From positions 27,573 to 91,572 of the forward strand of contig JAFTCN010000037.1 in assembly GCA_017454675.1 (NCBI GenBank): a stretch of DNA of 64,000 nucleotides, given 5' to 3'. The notes below the pieces were generated by a model. The model was not told the DNA's origin and did no database searches. It worked only from the letters and a program-made list of their open reading frames with translations. Positions 1-9,135 of the stretch are shown one piece after another. This DNA is from Clostridia bacterium. Its GTDB lineage: Bacteria > Bacillota > Clostridia > Oscillospirales > CAG-272. Made by a program: the position numbers and the translations under genes. How positions within the stretch are numbered: the stretch's first letter is position 1; every line of letters starts with the position of its first letter.

Positions 1-431
1 TCCTCGACGACTCCTCGGCTGAATTCCGCGGGCTTACGATCGGCGGCCTTACGTCGGGCTACGTGTACGAGGAAGGACCGATGAGGCAGGCGCACTTGCG
101 AAAGACGCCTCCGCCGGATCTTCTCTGGGCGGAAAGATTTGCCGCGCTGCCGGGATTCAAAGTGCTGCTCTCGCACCACCCCGAATACTATCCCGCCTAC
201 CTGCGGGATCTCGATATCGACCTTATCATCTCGGGGCACGCTCACGGAGGGCAGTGGAGGATATTCGGTCACCCATTCTTCGCGCCGGGACAGGGATTCT
301 TCCCGAAATACGCGCAGGGCATGACCGACGGCAGGCTGATCGTCAGCCGAGGCCTCGCGAACAACGGACCCGCGCCGAGATTCGGCAACCGTCCCGAGCT
401 CGTGTTCATAAAGATCAGGAATGACGCCTGA
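1..431 (+). CDS. Metallophosphoesterase (calcineurin-like), C-terminal part; 5' end lies outside the window
   Basis: The frame of ORF 63..431 stays open back to the window start. It has a GHAHGGQWR (GHxH) metallophosphoesterase motif and a TGA stop. Confidence 0.7.
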   Translation, partial: LDDSSAEFRGLTIGGLTSGYVYEEGPMRQAHLRKTPPPDLLWAERFAALPGFKVLLSHHPEYYPAYLRDLDIDLIISGHAHGGQWRIFGHPFFAPGQGFFPKYAQGMTDGRLIVSRGLANNGPAPRFGNRPELVFIKIRNDA

Positions 432-493
432 CGATCCGACGAAGAAAAAAGACCTCACGGCAGATAACACCGGAGGCCTTTTTTTGAAACTGT

Positions 494-1300
494 TCAGCGG
501 CATATCAGCCCGAGCACGAGCAGATGCACCGGATAGAAGGCGTAGAATGAATACTGATAGACCGCACGCAGGAATCTGTTGTTTATCGTGACGCCTCGCT
601 TTCCGCTGTAGGGTATGATGAAGAGAGCGGAAAGAGCGCTCCACATCTGCGTCATCTCCCACGAGCCGGGGAGTTTCGGCGCCGCGCCTCCCGTGAGGCC
701 GGCAATGAGCGCCGGCGGAAGATAAACAAGGAGGAATCTCGCTCCGAACGCCGCACAGACCGCCGCGATCACGGCCGCCCTGGCGGCGGATCTCTTCGGG
801 TCGCCCCGCACCTCCTCAGCGCTCCCGAATGTCCGCTCGGCGAGATCGAAGAGAAAGATCAGGATCACGCCGTACATCCCGTAGTCGGTCCCCAGCTTCT
901 CGGCGGCGAGCGCAAAGAGAATGGCGGTGGCAAGCGGAAGCAGGCCGAACCTGTCTTTCGTATACTTTTCTCTTATCAGATCTCCGGCCATCAGTGCCAA
1001 AAGACCGATGCCGAGAGTGAAAAGGACGTTGATCCCGCCCGAGTGCACCCAATGACCGTAAAAACAGTAATTGTAAAACGGTTCTGTAATCACGGCAAAG
1101 GCAGCGAGCCTCGCGAGATAGACTGCCGGCCTTCTGCTGCGGCGGTATCCCGATGCGATCATATAGGCGAACAGCGGGAAGGCTATCCGGCCTATTATCC
1201 TGAATTCCTCATCTGCGGGGAACCTGTTCCAGAAGCAGTATCCGATGTGGTCGAGAAGCATCGTGAGCGACGCGACGACCTTCAGGATCAGCGCGCTCAA
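494..1300 (-). CDS. TraX-family integral membrane protein
   Basis: 268 aa, multi-TM. N-terminus LKVVASLTMLLDHIGY is typical of TraX-family proteins. Lies 3 nt downstream of xpt on the same strand. Confidence 0.7.
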   Translation of the reverse strand: MSALILKVVASLTMLLDHIGYCFWNRFPADEEFRIIGRIAFPLFAYMIASGYRRSRRPAVYLARLAAFAVITEPFYNYCFYGHWVHSGGINVLFTLGIGLLALMAGDLIREKYTKDRFGLLPLATAILFALAAEKLGTDYGMYGVILIFLFDLAERTFGSAEEVRGDPKRSAARAAVIAAVCAAFGARFLLVYLPPALIAGLTGGAAPKLPGSWEMTQMWSALSALFIIPYSGKRGVTINNRFLRAVYQYSFYAFYPVHLLVLGLICR

Positions 1301-1303
1301 AAC

Positions 1304-1882
1304 TCAATCTCCCTCTGAAACGAGCGTTCTTCCGGCCTCATCGAGGCCTACGACGGCCAGAGAGTGGAGATTTATGCCCTCGCCGCGGATCTTGCGTCCG
1401 CCCGGCTGGAAGGACTTCTCAATGCACACCCCCGCTCCGACGACCGTCGCGCCGGCTTTTCTGCAAATGTCGGTAAGGCCGCTCAGGGCTTCGCCGTCGG
1501 CGAGGAAATCATCGATCAGGAGGACTCTGTCGGAGCTGCTTATGAGGGCCTTGTCGACCTTGACTTCGAATACCATTCCTTTTGTGAATGACCTGACCAT
1601 CGACGAGTATGTTTCGGAGCTGAGATTCCTCGACTGCGATTTCTTGGCGAAGAGGACGTCGACGCCGAAATACCTGGCCGTCATGCAGGCTATCCCGATG
1701 CCGGACGCCTCCACTGTGAGGATGAGCGTGGGGGCAGTGTCCCTGAATATGCGGTAGAATTCTGCACCGAAGGCATCGATCAGCCTGGTATCCATGCGGT
1801 GGTTCAGAAATCCTGATACGATGACGACCCCGCCCGGCATCATCACCGCTTCCTTTTTTATTTTTTCGACGAGTTCCTTCAT
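1304..1882 (-). CDS. xpt: Xanthine phosphoribosyltransferase
   Basis: 192 aa. Has an Xpt-like N-terminus (LNHRMD) and a PRPP-binding loop VLLIDDFLADGEA. GGAGG RBS upstream. Confidence 0.85.
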   Translation of the reverse strand: MKELVEKIKKEAVMMPGGVVIVSGFLNHRMDTRLIDAFGAEFYRIFRDTAPTLILTVEASGIGIACMTARYFGVDVLFAKKSQSRNLSSETYSSMVRSFTKGMVFEVKVDKALISSSDRVLLIDDFLADGEALSGLTDICRKAGATVVGAGVCIEKSFQPGGRKIRGEGINLHSLAVVGLDEAGRTLVSEGD

Positions 1883-1941
1883 TTTTGCACCCGACCTCCG
1901 TCGTCTGACTTTGCCGCGCCGGGACTCCCCGGCGCCAGATT

Positions 1942-1970
1942 ATTATACACTATTTCAAACTGATTGTAAA
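1942..1970 (-). promoter_or_regulatory. Sigma-A type promoter for xpt-traX (TTTACA-N17-TATAAT on the minus strand)
   Basis: The reverse complement reads TTTACAatcagtttgaaatagtgTATAAT, about 60 nt upstream of the xpt ATG. Confidence 0.6.
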
Positions 1971-2046
1971 TAAAAATCCGCCGGGGCCGGTTTTCCGCTC
2001 TGCCGGAAAGCGCCGCAGAAAATGGGCCGGGGGCGCTTGTTTGTTC

Positions 2047-2075
2047 TTGACAAAGCGGTATATTTGATATATAAT
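2047..2075 (+). promoter_or_regulatory. Sigma-A promoter (TTGACA-N17-TATAAT with TG extended -10)
   Basis: TTGACA at 2047-2052, TATAAT at 2070-2075, exact 17-nt spacer. Confidence 0.7.
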
Positions 2076-2106
2076 ATCTCTATAGTTCATCATGGAGGTG
2101 TGTGCG

Positions 2107-2943
2107 ATGTCCGGCAAGCGTCAGGCCAGAGGGGCCGAAAAGGGAAAAGAACACGGCACGACCGACTCGTCGGGGTTCGGCAGACAGCTGTTCGGATACC
2201 GCGTGTCGGCGGTCAACCGCTTTATCGCCGAGTCGGACGCCGCCTTCTCCGGGAGGATCTCCGACGCCGAAGACGACGCCGACTTCTACAGAAAGAGCCT
2301 TAAGGACGAGTCCGAGAAGCTCGCCTCGCTCCGCTCCGCCCTCGAAGCCGAAAAAGCGGGACGCGAAAAGGCCGAGTCGCTGCTTAAGCTCGAGCGCGGG
2401 AAAAACGAAAGGCTGTCGTCCGCGCTGAACGAGGCAAACTCGGAAAGCACCGGGCTGAAGGAAAAGCTTGAATCGGCCGCGGCGGAGGCCGCCTCCAGGG
2501 AAAAAGAACTCGAAGACCGGCTGAAGTCCGCGGCGGAGGCCGCGGAGAAAGAGAAGTCCGCGCTTCTCGAAAAGCTGAGGGAGGCTGAGGCCGAAGCCGA
2601 AAAGGCGGGCTCGGAACTCGGGCGTCTCGCGGCGGAGTCGGCAAGAAAACAGTCGGAGCTCCGCGAGAGCGTCGAGCGCCTCGCCGCGGAGATGTCGGGA
2701 AGGAATTCCGAGCTCTCAGACCGCATGAGCATCGCCTCCGAAAAGGCGGAACTCGAGCGGCAGCTGAACGAGACGCGGGCGGAACTGGCGTCGGAGCAGA
2801 GCGCAAGGCGCGAAAAGGAGCTCCTCGACACCATAGAGAGCCTGAGGGCGGAAAACAGACGGCTCCGCAACTCTCTGAACACGGGCGGCAGGCAGAAACA
2901 GCCGCAGGGGCTCTTCTCGATCTTCTCCCAGAATAAAAAATGA
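2107..2943 (+). CDS. DivIVA-domain-like coiled-coil protein
   Basis: ORF 2092..2943. I prefer the ATG at 2107 because GGAGG lies 8 nt upstream and the predicted TSS is about 2082. N-terminus has FGYRVSAVNRFI (DivIVA-like), followed by about 200 aa of E/K/A/L-rich heptad-like sequence. Confidence 0.65.
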   Translation: MSGKRQARGAEKGKEHGTTDSSGFGRQLFGYRVSAVNRFIAESDAAFSGRISDAEDDADFYRKSLKDESEKLASLRSALEAEKAGREKAESLLKLERGKNERLSSALNEANSESTGLKEKLESAAAEAASREKELEDRLKSAAEAAEKEKSALLEKLREAEAEAEKAGSELGRLAAESARKQSELRESVERLAAEMSGRNSELSDRMSIASEKAELERQLNETRAELASEQSARREKELLDTIESLRAENRRLRNSLNTGGRQKQPQGLFSIFSQNKK

Positions 2944-3842
2944 GCGTAGGCGATCTGATACGCGAGCTCAGGATAAAGAACCGGCTCACGCAGAAGGAGC
3001 TCGCCGGAGGCAGCGTCACCAGGAACATGATCAGCAGGATCGAGCATTCAGCGGCGGTCCCGTCGCTCCAGACGCTGACATACATAGCCGGAAGGCTCGG
3101 TGTCTCGCCCGGATATCTTCTGGCGGACGACGCCGAGCGCAGGCTGCTCAAAAAAGCCGAAATACTTCCGCTCATAAAGACCGCGAGAAAGGAAGGCGGA
3201 TACTCGGAGTGCAGGGATATCTGCCATGACTTCACCGAATCGGTCTGCGCCGGGGAATCCGATCCCGATATAGACGAGGAGCTCCGTCTGTGTGATTTCG
3301 AGCAGGCGAAGGACGCTTTCTCGGAAGGCAGCCTGCGCCGCGCTTCCGATCTCTTCGGATCGGTATACACGCAGAGGCCCGACAGCCACGAGGCTGCCGT
3401 CAGCGCGGCTTATTCGTCGTGCATAGCCGATATCGTCCCCTCTTTCGACAACGCGGCGTCGAACGGCGGCGACACGCCCGCCGGACTCGACGATCCCTTC
3501 ACGCTCTACTACTTCTTCCTGCGGCTGACCGCAGAGGGGAGGGAGCCGCTCCCGGACGCCGTCTCCTCGGGATATCTGAACTCGGGACGCGCCGACGCCT
3601 TCCGAAGGCACATAGCCGCGCGTCTCATGCTCCGTTCCGGAAAGCGGAAGGAAGCCGCCGCGATACTGTCCGAGCTCGACGCCGGAAGCGACCGGCTGCC
3701 CGCTCCTATGAGATATTTTCTCTTCCACGACCTCGAGGCGCTGTGCCGCGACGGCGCCGACTACAAAGGCGCCTACGAATATTCCGCCCGGCGGAGGGAG
3801 CTTTTCGAGCTCTTCTCGGGAGAATATCAGGAAAACAGCTGA
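2940..3842 (+). CDS. XRE-family helix-turn-helix regulator with a C-terminal helical (TPR-like) domain
   Basis: N-terminus LIRELRIKNRLTQKELAGGSVTRNMISRIEH is an HTH_XRE motif. ATGA stop/start overlap with the upstream gene. Confidence 0.75.
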   Translation: MSVGDLIRELRIKNRLTQKELAGGSVTRNMISRIEHSAAVPSLQTLTYIAGRLGVSPGYLLADDAERRLLKKAEILPLIKTARKEGGYSECRDICHDFTESVCAGESDPDIDEELRLCDFEQAKDAFSEGSLRRASDLFGSVYTQRPDSHEAAVSAAYSSCIADIVPSFDNAASNGGDTPAGLDDPFTLYYFFLRLTAEGREPLPDAVSSGYLNSGRADAFRRHIAARLMLRSGKRKEAAAILSELDAGSDRLPAPMRYFLFHDLEALCRDGADYKGAYEYSARRRELFELFSGEYQENS

Positions 3843-3973
3843 CACGAACGGACGGCGGCGGTCCGCCGTACCGATATAGGATCCAAAGCCTTTCTCGCCC
3901 ACAGGGAAGGCGGGGCCGGCGGGCGCAGTCCCGCACGGCCGTATACTGCCGGATAATTAAGAAAGGACACGAT

Positions 3974-4357
3974 ATGTGGGCAAGACACCCTGGCAATTTT
4001 CATTCCGCCCCGCTTCTCGCGGCGGCGCTGATACTTTCGCTGATCTTCATGATATTCGTCTCGTGCTCCCCCTATTCCGATGACGATTTTTACGCAGGCA
4101 GGCCGGTATCTCCCGAAGAGATATCGGAGATCGAGGCCATGATAGCCGCCGCGGAAGAGACCGCCTTCCGGCCCGAGACGTTCGCCGACGGCTCGCCGAA
4201 GTGCTACTGGACGTCCGGAGGGACGGTATGGCACATCGACCCCGGATGCGGCAGGATCTCCGCCTCCTCGCCGCTGTTAAGCGGGACCGTCGAAGAGGCC
4301 GCGGCCGACGGCAAGACGCGCGAGTGCGCCGTCTGCGGCGGAAAGGCCGCCGGGTGA
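3974..4357 (+). CDS. Small lipoprotein with a C-terminal four-Cys motif
   Basis: Internal ATG of ORF 3419..4357 with an AAAGGA RBS. Signal peptide plus lipobox (IFVSC). C-terminus has CYWTSGGTVWHIDPGC...CAVCGG. Confidence 0.55.
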   Translation: MWARHPGNFHSAPLLAAALILSLIFMIFVSCSPYSDDDFYAGRPVSPEEISEIEAMIAAAEETAFRPETFADGSPKCYWTSGGTVWHIDPGCGRISASSPLLSGTVEEAAADGKTRECAVCGGKAAG

Positions 4358-4422
4358 CACGGACGGCTCAGCCGCACTGTTTCCGGCTGTTCACAATTCA
4401 AAACAAATCGGAGGGATCATAA

Positions 4423-5847
4423 TTGTTATTTCGCAAGCACTCTCTGACCGCGTCCGCGGCATCGCTGGCGCTCATGCTCATTATGCTGCTCCAGTGCTCT
4501 TCATGCGCGGAAGGAGGCGGAGTCCCGGATCTCACATCCGCGCCGCCCGGCGATACGACGGCCGCTGACACATCCCCTTCCGGGCTCGTGATCGCAGGCG
4601 GGGCCGACGCCTACGCCATAATCAGACCGTCCGATGCCGGTGAATACGCCGTCAATGCCGCGGTGACAGTAAACAAGGCGCTCAAGGCCGCCTGCCCGGA
4701 CACCTGGAAAAACAGCATCAAAGAGGACTTCGTGAGCCGCGAGCTCAAAGGGCAGATCATCGTGAACGACGAACCCGAGATACTCGTGGGATACACGAAC
4801 CGGAAGGAGAGCCGCGACGCCTATGCCGAGCTCGAGGCGGGCGGAGATCCTTCACTCTACACCGTGAGAACGGTGGGAAGGAAGATAGTCATTTTGGGTA
4901 TCACAGACTACGCCACGGGCGCCGCTGCCGAGTATTTCGTCGATACTATCGTCGCGGGCAGTTCCGGCGGGACGCTTTCCGTCGACAGCTCGCTGCGATA
5001 TGACGGAAAGCTCGAGGACAACCGTCCGCCGCTCGCAGAAGGGGCTCTGCTCCGTCTCTTCAGCTGGAATCTCGGCTGCTCGGTGGGAGTCGCCGCCGAC
5101 GCCCTCGAGGTCATCGAGGAATACAGGCCCGAGATCCTCTCGCTCCAGGAGAGCGACAAGACCGTCCATCTGAACATCATAAAGCCCTTCATGTCGAAGT
5201 TCACGAACTACAGGTACGCGAAGCAGATGCACACCGGAACGTCGACATACAACTACACCCCGATCATCTACGATTCTACGAAGCTCGACCTCGTCGAAGC
5301 CGACGTCGAATGGCTCGACGGCCGGTACACCGGCACGAACACGAAGTCGCTCTGCTGGGCTGTATTCGATACCGAAGGCGGCAGATTCGCGATGATCAAC
5401 TTCCACGGAGCGGTCTGCAGCGCCAAATACTCCGGTTACGAGAATATGACCGACAGCGAGCGCTCCGCGATCGCCGCCGCCTGGAGGCTCGACAACGTGC
5501 GCCAGATCCTCGATGTCGCCGCGAGGATAACCTCAAAATACGGAGAGATCCCGATGACGGTCAACGGCGACTGCAACTTCACCGCGTCGTCGGCTCCGTT
5601 TGCCAGACTCACAGAGGCAGGATTCGCTGATTCCGAGGCCACGGCGGAAAAGAAGATCAAGGCCGGATACAAGACCTCTTATTCATACGCGTCGGGCATT
5701 CCGGGGACAGGGGCGAGCATCGACCACATATTCGGGAAGAACGGAGTCCGCTTCTTGACCTACGACGTCATAAGGACCCCCGCCGTGCAGACCGGCAGCG
5801 ATCACACCCCGATCTATACCGACCTCTCTCTCGACGCGAGGAAATGA
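4423..5847 (+). CDS. Secreted endonuclease/exonuclease/phosphatase (EEP) family protein with an N-terminal lipoprotein module
   Basis: TTG start 7 nt after GGAGGG. Has a signal peptide. The C-terminal half (LRLFSWNL...SDHTPIY) is EEP-like. Confidence 0.65.
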   Translation: MLFRKHSLTASAASLALMLIMLLQCSSCAEGGGVPDLTSAPPGDTTAADTSPSGLVIAGGADAYAIIRPSDAGEYAVNAAVTVNKALKAACPDTWKNSIKEDFVSRELKGQIIVNDEPEILVGYTNRKESRDAYAELEAGGDPSLYTVRTVGRKIVILGITDYATGAAAEYFVDTIVAGSSGGTLSVDSSLRYDGKLEDNRPPLAEGALLRLFSWNLGCSVGVAADALEVIEEYRPEILSLQESDKTVHLNIIKPFMSKFTNYRYAKQMHTGTSTYNYTPIIYDSTKLDLVEADVEWLDGRYTGTNTKSLCWAVFDTEGGRFAMINFHGAVCSAKYSGYENMTDSERSAIAAAWRLDNVRQILDVAARITSKYGEIPMTVNGDCNFTASSAPFARLTEAGFADSEATAEKKIKAGYKTSYSYASGIPGTGASIDHIFGKNGVRFLTYDVIRTPAVQTGSDHTPIYTDLSLDARK

Positions 5848-5941
5848 CCCGGCAGCCCTCGGGCGCCGGAAGACCTGACCGTTTCAGCTTATTTTATCAA
5901 AGAAATAAAGAAAGATTGCGAAGAAAGGCATTCAGCACAAG

Positions 5942-6676
5942 ATGAACAACGAAAAAGGGAATACCGAAGTCGAGATCGACATCGTCCACCTGCTAAAGGT
6001 CCTGTGGAAGAATATCGCCATCATTCTCGTGGTTGCGGTAGCCGGAGCGCTCATCGCGTTCGTTTACGCGAAATTCATCATCTCCCCGACGTATCAGGCG
6101 ACGGCGATGATGTACGTCAACAACAAGAGCGAGAGCGGTTCCACATCATATTCCACCACCGAGATCTCGGCGGCAAAGAGCCTGGTTTCGACATACTCCG
6201 TCATCATGAAGACGCGTTCGACGCTTGAGCAGGTCATCGACTACACCGGAGTCGACTACACCTACAGGCAGCTCGCGAAGATGATCAGCGCGGCGAGCGT
6301 CGAATCGACCGAGATATTCAAGATAACGGTCACGGCCGGCTCTCCCGAGGACGCGGAGCTCATCGCCAGGGGACTGACCGCGGTGCTTCCCGACAAGATC
6401 GCCGACGTAGTCGACGGCGCACGCGTCAAGCTGGTGGACGAGCCTTTCGCATCGGGTGAGAAGAGCAGCCCGTCGGTATCGAAATACGTGATCATAGGCG
6501 CCCTGCTCGGATTCGTGGTGATGGCCGCGGTCGTGATCGTCTTCGATATTCTCGACGACAAGATCCACGATGAAAAATATATCACCGAGAATTACAAGTA
6601 TCCGGTGCTGGCAGTCATCCCGAACATCTACGTAAAGAAAGCCGGAGGCTCTCACTATGAAGAAGAAAAACAGTAA
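5942..6676 (+). CDS. Wzz/CpsC-type polysaccharide chain-length determinant (BY-kinase transmembrane modulator)
   Basis: 244 aa with two terminal TM segments. EIDIVHLLKVLWKN start is typical of YwqC/CpsC. Confidence 0.8.
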   Translation: MNNEKGNTEVEIDIVHLLKVLWKNIAIILVVAVAGALIAFVYAKFIISPTYQATAMMYVNNKSESGSTSYSTTEISAAKSLVSTYSVIMKTRSTLEQVIDYTGVDYTYRQLAKMISAASVESTEIFKITVTAGSPEDAELIARGLTAVLPDKIADVVDGARVKLVDEPFASGEKSSPSVSKYVIIGALLGFVVMAAVVIVFDILDDKIHDEKYITENYKYPVLAVIPNIYVKKAGGSHYEEEKQ

Positions 6677-7463
6677 GAACATACAGACGGACGTCACGGC
6701 CGACTACCTTCGCGACCGGGAATACATCTGCGAAAATCTTAACTTCAACGCCGCCGAGGCGTACAAGATGCTCAGGACGAGCATAGGCTTCGCGCTGGCG
6801 TCGGTGAAGGGCTGCAAGACGATCGGCGTCACGAGCGCCAACGGCTCCGAGGGAAAATCCCTCTGCGCCATAAATCTCGCCTACACTCTGGCGCTCCAGG
6901 GCTCGAAAGTCCTGCTTATAGACGCCGACCTCCGCCTTCCCACCATCGCGAAAAGGCTCGGACTCAACAAGGCTCCCGGACTCTCCGAACTGCTGATGGG
7001 CCAGACCGAGAGCGTCATACAGAAGTCGGAGATCCATCCGAACTTCATGGTCATAACGAGCGGCAGCCTGCCGGCGCATCCGTCTGAACTGCTGGGTGAT
7101 GACAAGACCGCCGGGATAATATCGTCGCTCGGCAAGATGCTCGACTACATAATCATGGACCTTCCGCCCGTGAACGAGGTCTCCGACGCGCTGAACGTCA
7201 GCCGCGCGCTCGACGGCATCGTGTTCGTCGTCATGTCCGGACAATCGGGCAAGGCCCTCGTCAGACAGGCGGTCCAGAAGCTTCAGTTCACCAATACCGA
7301 GATCCTCGGTTTCGTGATGATCAACAACGACCGCGACAGTATCGGAAAATACGGCAAATACGGAAAGTACGGGAAGTACGGAAAGTACGGCAGTGCCGGC
7401 AAATACGGCAGATACGCCGCCGAGTCAGGCGCCCGGTACGGAGGAGAAGAAGGTCAGGACTGA
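6657..7463 (+). CDS. CpsD/YwqD-type bacterial tyrosine kinase (BY-kinase)
   Basis: Walker A SANGSEGKS, A' VLLIDADLR, Walker B IIMDLPP, and a C-terminal tyrosine cluster. Overlaps the Wzz gene by 20 nt. Confidence 0.85.
   Translation: MKKKNSKNIQTDVTADYLRDREYICENLNFNAAEAYKMLRTSIGFALASVKGCKTIGVTSANGSEGKSLCAINLAYTLALQGSKVLLIDADLRLPTIAKRLGLNKAPGLSELLMGQTESVIQKSEIHPNFMVITSGSLPAHPSELLGDDKTAGIISSLGKMLDYIIMDLPPVNEVSDALNVSRALDGIVFVVMSGQSGKALVRQAVQKLQFTNTEILGFVMINNDRDSIGKYGKYGKYGKYGKYGSAGKYGRYAAESGARYGGEEGQD
7344..7388 (+). repeat. Perfect-period 9-bp tandem repeat encoding (GKY)x5, the core of the BY-kinase tyrosine cluster
   Basis: gga aaa tac / ggc aaa tac / gga aag tac / ggg aag tac / gga aag tac. 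Further GKY/GRY/ARY units run to about 7442. Confidence 0.9.
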
Positions 7464-7507
7464 TGTCCGCTTCTCCCGGAAGATTCCGGCACGGAGGTTG
7501 AACGACG

Positions 7508-8248
7508 ATGGATCTCATTGATGTACACTGCCATATGCTTCCGGGGATCGACGACGGCAGCAGTGACGCCGAAATGTCGCTCGGGATGCTCGCCGCCTCA
7601 GCCGAAGCCGGGGTCACGCGGGTCTGCCTGACGCCCCACTACTATCCCTCGGAACCCGCCGGGGAGTTCATCTCGAGGCGCGCCGCCGCTTATGAGAGAC
7701 TCCTTCTCGCGGTCGAAAAATACACAGCCGAGACCGGAAAAAAGCTCCCGAAGACATGCCTCGGCGCCGAGGTCTATTATCATATCGGCATACAGCATGA
7801 AAAACTCATCCGCGAGCTGTGCTATGAGGGAACGCACTATCTGCTGCTCGAACTTCCGTGGCGCGACTGGAGCGTTCGCGTCTTCCAGGATATCGACGGG
7901 CTCATCGAGACCCGCGGCATACGTCCGGTCATAGCACATCTCGAGAGGTATGACCCGATGACGTCGGCCGCAAACATCAAAATGATACGCCGCATGCCGG
8001 TCATGGTGCAGATGAACGCCGAATACGTCATCGACAAAAAGACACGGCGTCATGCTCTCAGACTCATAAAGTCGGGGGACGTCGCTCTGCTGGGTTCGGA
8101 TTCACATGACCTGAAAGGCAGGGCTCCTAACCTCGGCGAGGCATTCGGGATACTCGGGTCGTCGGGACTTGAGAAAGCCGCCGAGGGCCTGAGAGCCGGA
8201 GCGGAACGGATATGGTCGGAGGTTTCTCATGCTGCCGGAAATACTTGA
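7508..8248 (+). CDS. CpsB/YwqE-type PHP-family protein-tyrosine phosphatase
   Basis: N-terminus MDLIDVHCHMLPGIDDGS and 246 aa length are typical of CpsB. Confidence 0.85.
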   Translation: MDLIDVHCHMLPGIDDGSSDAEMSLGMLAASAEAGVTRVCLTPHYYPSEPAGEFISRRAAAYERLLLAVEKYTAETGKKLPKTCLGAEVYYHIGIQHEKLIRELCYEGTHYLLLELPWRDWSVRVFQDIDGLIETRGIRPVIAHLERYDPMTSAANIKMIRRMPVMVQMNAEYVIDKKTRRHALRLIKSGDVALLGSDSHDLKGRAPNLGEAFGILGSSGLEKAAEGLRAGAERIWSEVSHAAGNT

Positions 8249-8534
8249 GATAGCGATGATAGTAAGCTTCGGGGCCTCGTGGCCGCTTAGCGTGATAAAG
8301 TCTTACAGGGCGCGCACCGCGAAAGGCAAGAGCGCGTTATTCATCTGCCTTATCCCGATCGGATACACCGCTGGGATCGCTGCTAAACTCACGAATCCCG
8401 TATACATGGCTTCTTTTTCCGAAAAGTGGTATGTGCTATTCTTCTACGTGCTGAATTTCTGCATGGTCGGTGCAGACCTCTGCCTCTGGTTCCGCAACCG
8501 GAGGCTCGACCGTAAGGCGTCGGCAGGACAATGA
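8229..8534 (+). CDS. Small three-TM membrane protein, PQ-loop/SemiSWEET-like
   Basis: 101 aa. SWPLSVIKSYRARTAKGKS resembles a PQ-loop motif. Overlaps cpsB by 20 nt. Confidence 0.4.
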   Translation: MLPEILEIAMIVSFGASWPLSVIKSYRARTAKGKSALFICLIPIGYTAGIAAKLTNPVYMASFSEKWYVLFFYVLNFCMVGADLCLWFRNRRLDRKASAGQ

Positions 8535-8551
8535 TGAAATGATGTGAATAA

Positions 8552-8595
8552 ACGATATCCGGGCGGCCCGCCTATTCGGGCCGCCCGGATATCGT
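8552..8595. terminator. Bidirectional hairpin terminator between convergent genes
   Basis: acgatatccgggcggccc / gggccgcccggatatcgt gives an 18-bp perfect stem with an 8-nt loop. Confidence 0.7.
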
Positions 8596-8686
8596 ATGTG
8601 TGACTGACGGACTGTGAACGCGGACACTGAATTACAGAGGTGTCATGCAGGAGATCGCTCGCCCGGCGTTCGATATCCGTCCCGCG

Positions 8687-9106
8687 TTATTTTCTGTACT
8701 TTTTGTCCTCCTCGACCGTATTCCTTACGGCTTTTCCGATGAGAAAAACGGCGAGCGCCGCGACCGCGTAGATCAGCGCGGTGAATATAAAATGCATGAA
8801 TCTGTCGGAACTCTTCGCGCCGGAGTCGGAATCGGCCGGAAGCACCAGAAGAAGATAGGCCGACGGTACCGTGAGCAGAGCGTGTATGAGCAGCTTGAGA
8901 GGCGCGGACAGCCGTGTGTCCCGTCTGACCGTCTCCGCTGCACCGAGGAGCAGCGAAAAGGGAAGGATCAGGAATACCCTGAGGGCGGAAAGGTTCGCGC
9001 CTTCCTCGTTACCCGAATAGATCAGCATTATGACAAGGCTGAAGACGGACACGATAACGGTGAAGAACACAGCAGTCCTGAATAATGTCTTTTTTATGAA
9101 GTCCAT
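8687..9106 (-). CDS. Hypothetical four-TM membrane protein
   Basis: 139 aa and hydrophobic. No motif recognised. Confidence 0.5.
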   Translation of the reverse strand: MDFIKKTLFRTAVFFTVIVSVFSLVIMLIYSGNEEGANLSALRVFLILPFSLLLGAAETVRRDTRLSAPLKLLIHALLTVPSAYLLLVLPADSDSGAKSSDRFMHFIFTALIYAVAALAVFLIGKAVRNTVEEDKKYRK

Positions 9107-9135
9107 GAGCTGAGATGGTAGGGCCGGCAGAGCCG

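Noticed and set aside
440-487. Terminator hairpin between the metallophosphoesterase and traX genes (aagacctc ... gaggcctt followed by ttttt).
   Set aside because: The stem is short and mismatched with a 15-nt loop, too weak to call as a feature, though termination probably occurs in this region.
1883-1941. Expected a purine riboswitch upstream of xpt, as in Bacillus.
   Set aside because: The leader from the predicted TSS to the ATG is only about 60 nt and has none of the conserved aptamer core (no AGTTTCTACC or CCGACTAT).
2092-2106. Alternative upstream start (ATG 2092) for the DivIVA-like gene given in the ORF track.
   Set aside because: That ATG is part of the ATGGAGG sequence that serves as the SD for ATG 2107. 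It would also lie only about 10 nt from the predicted TSS.
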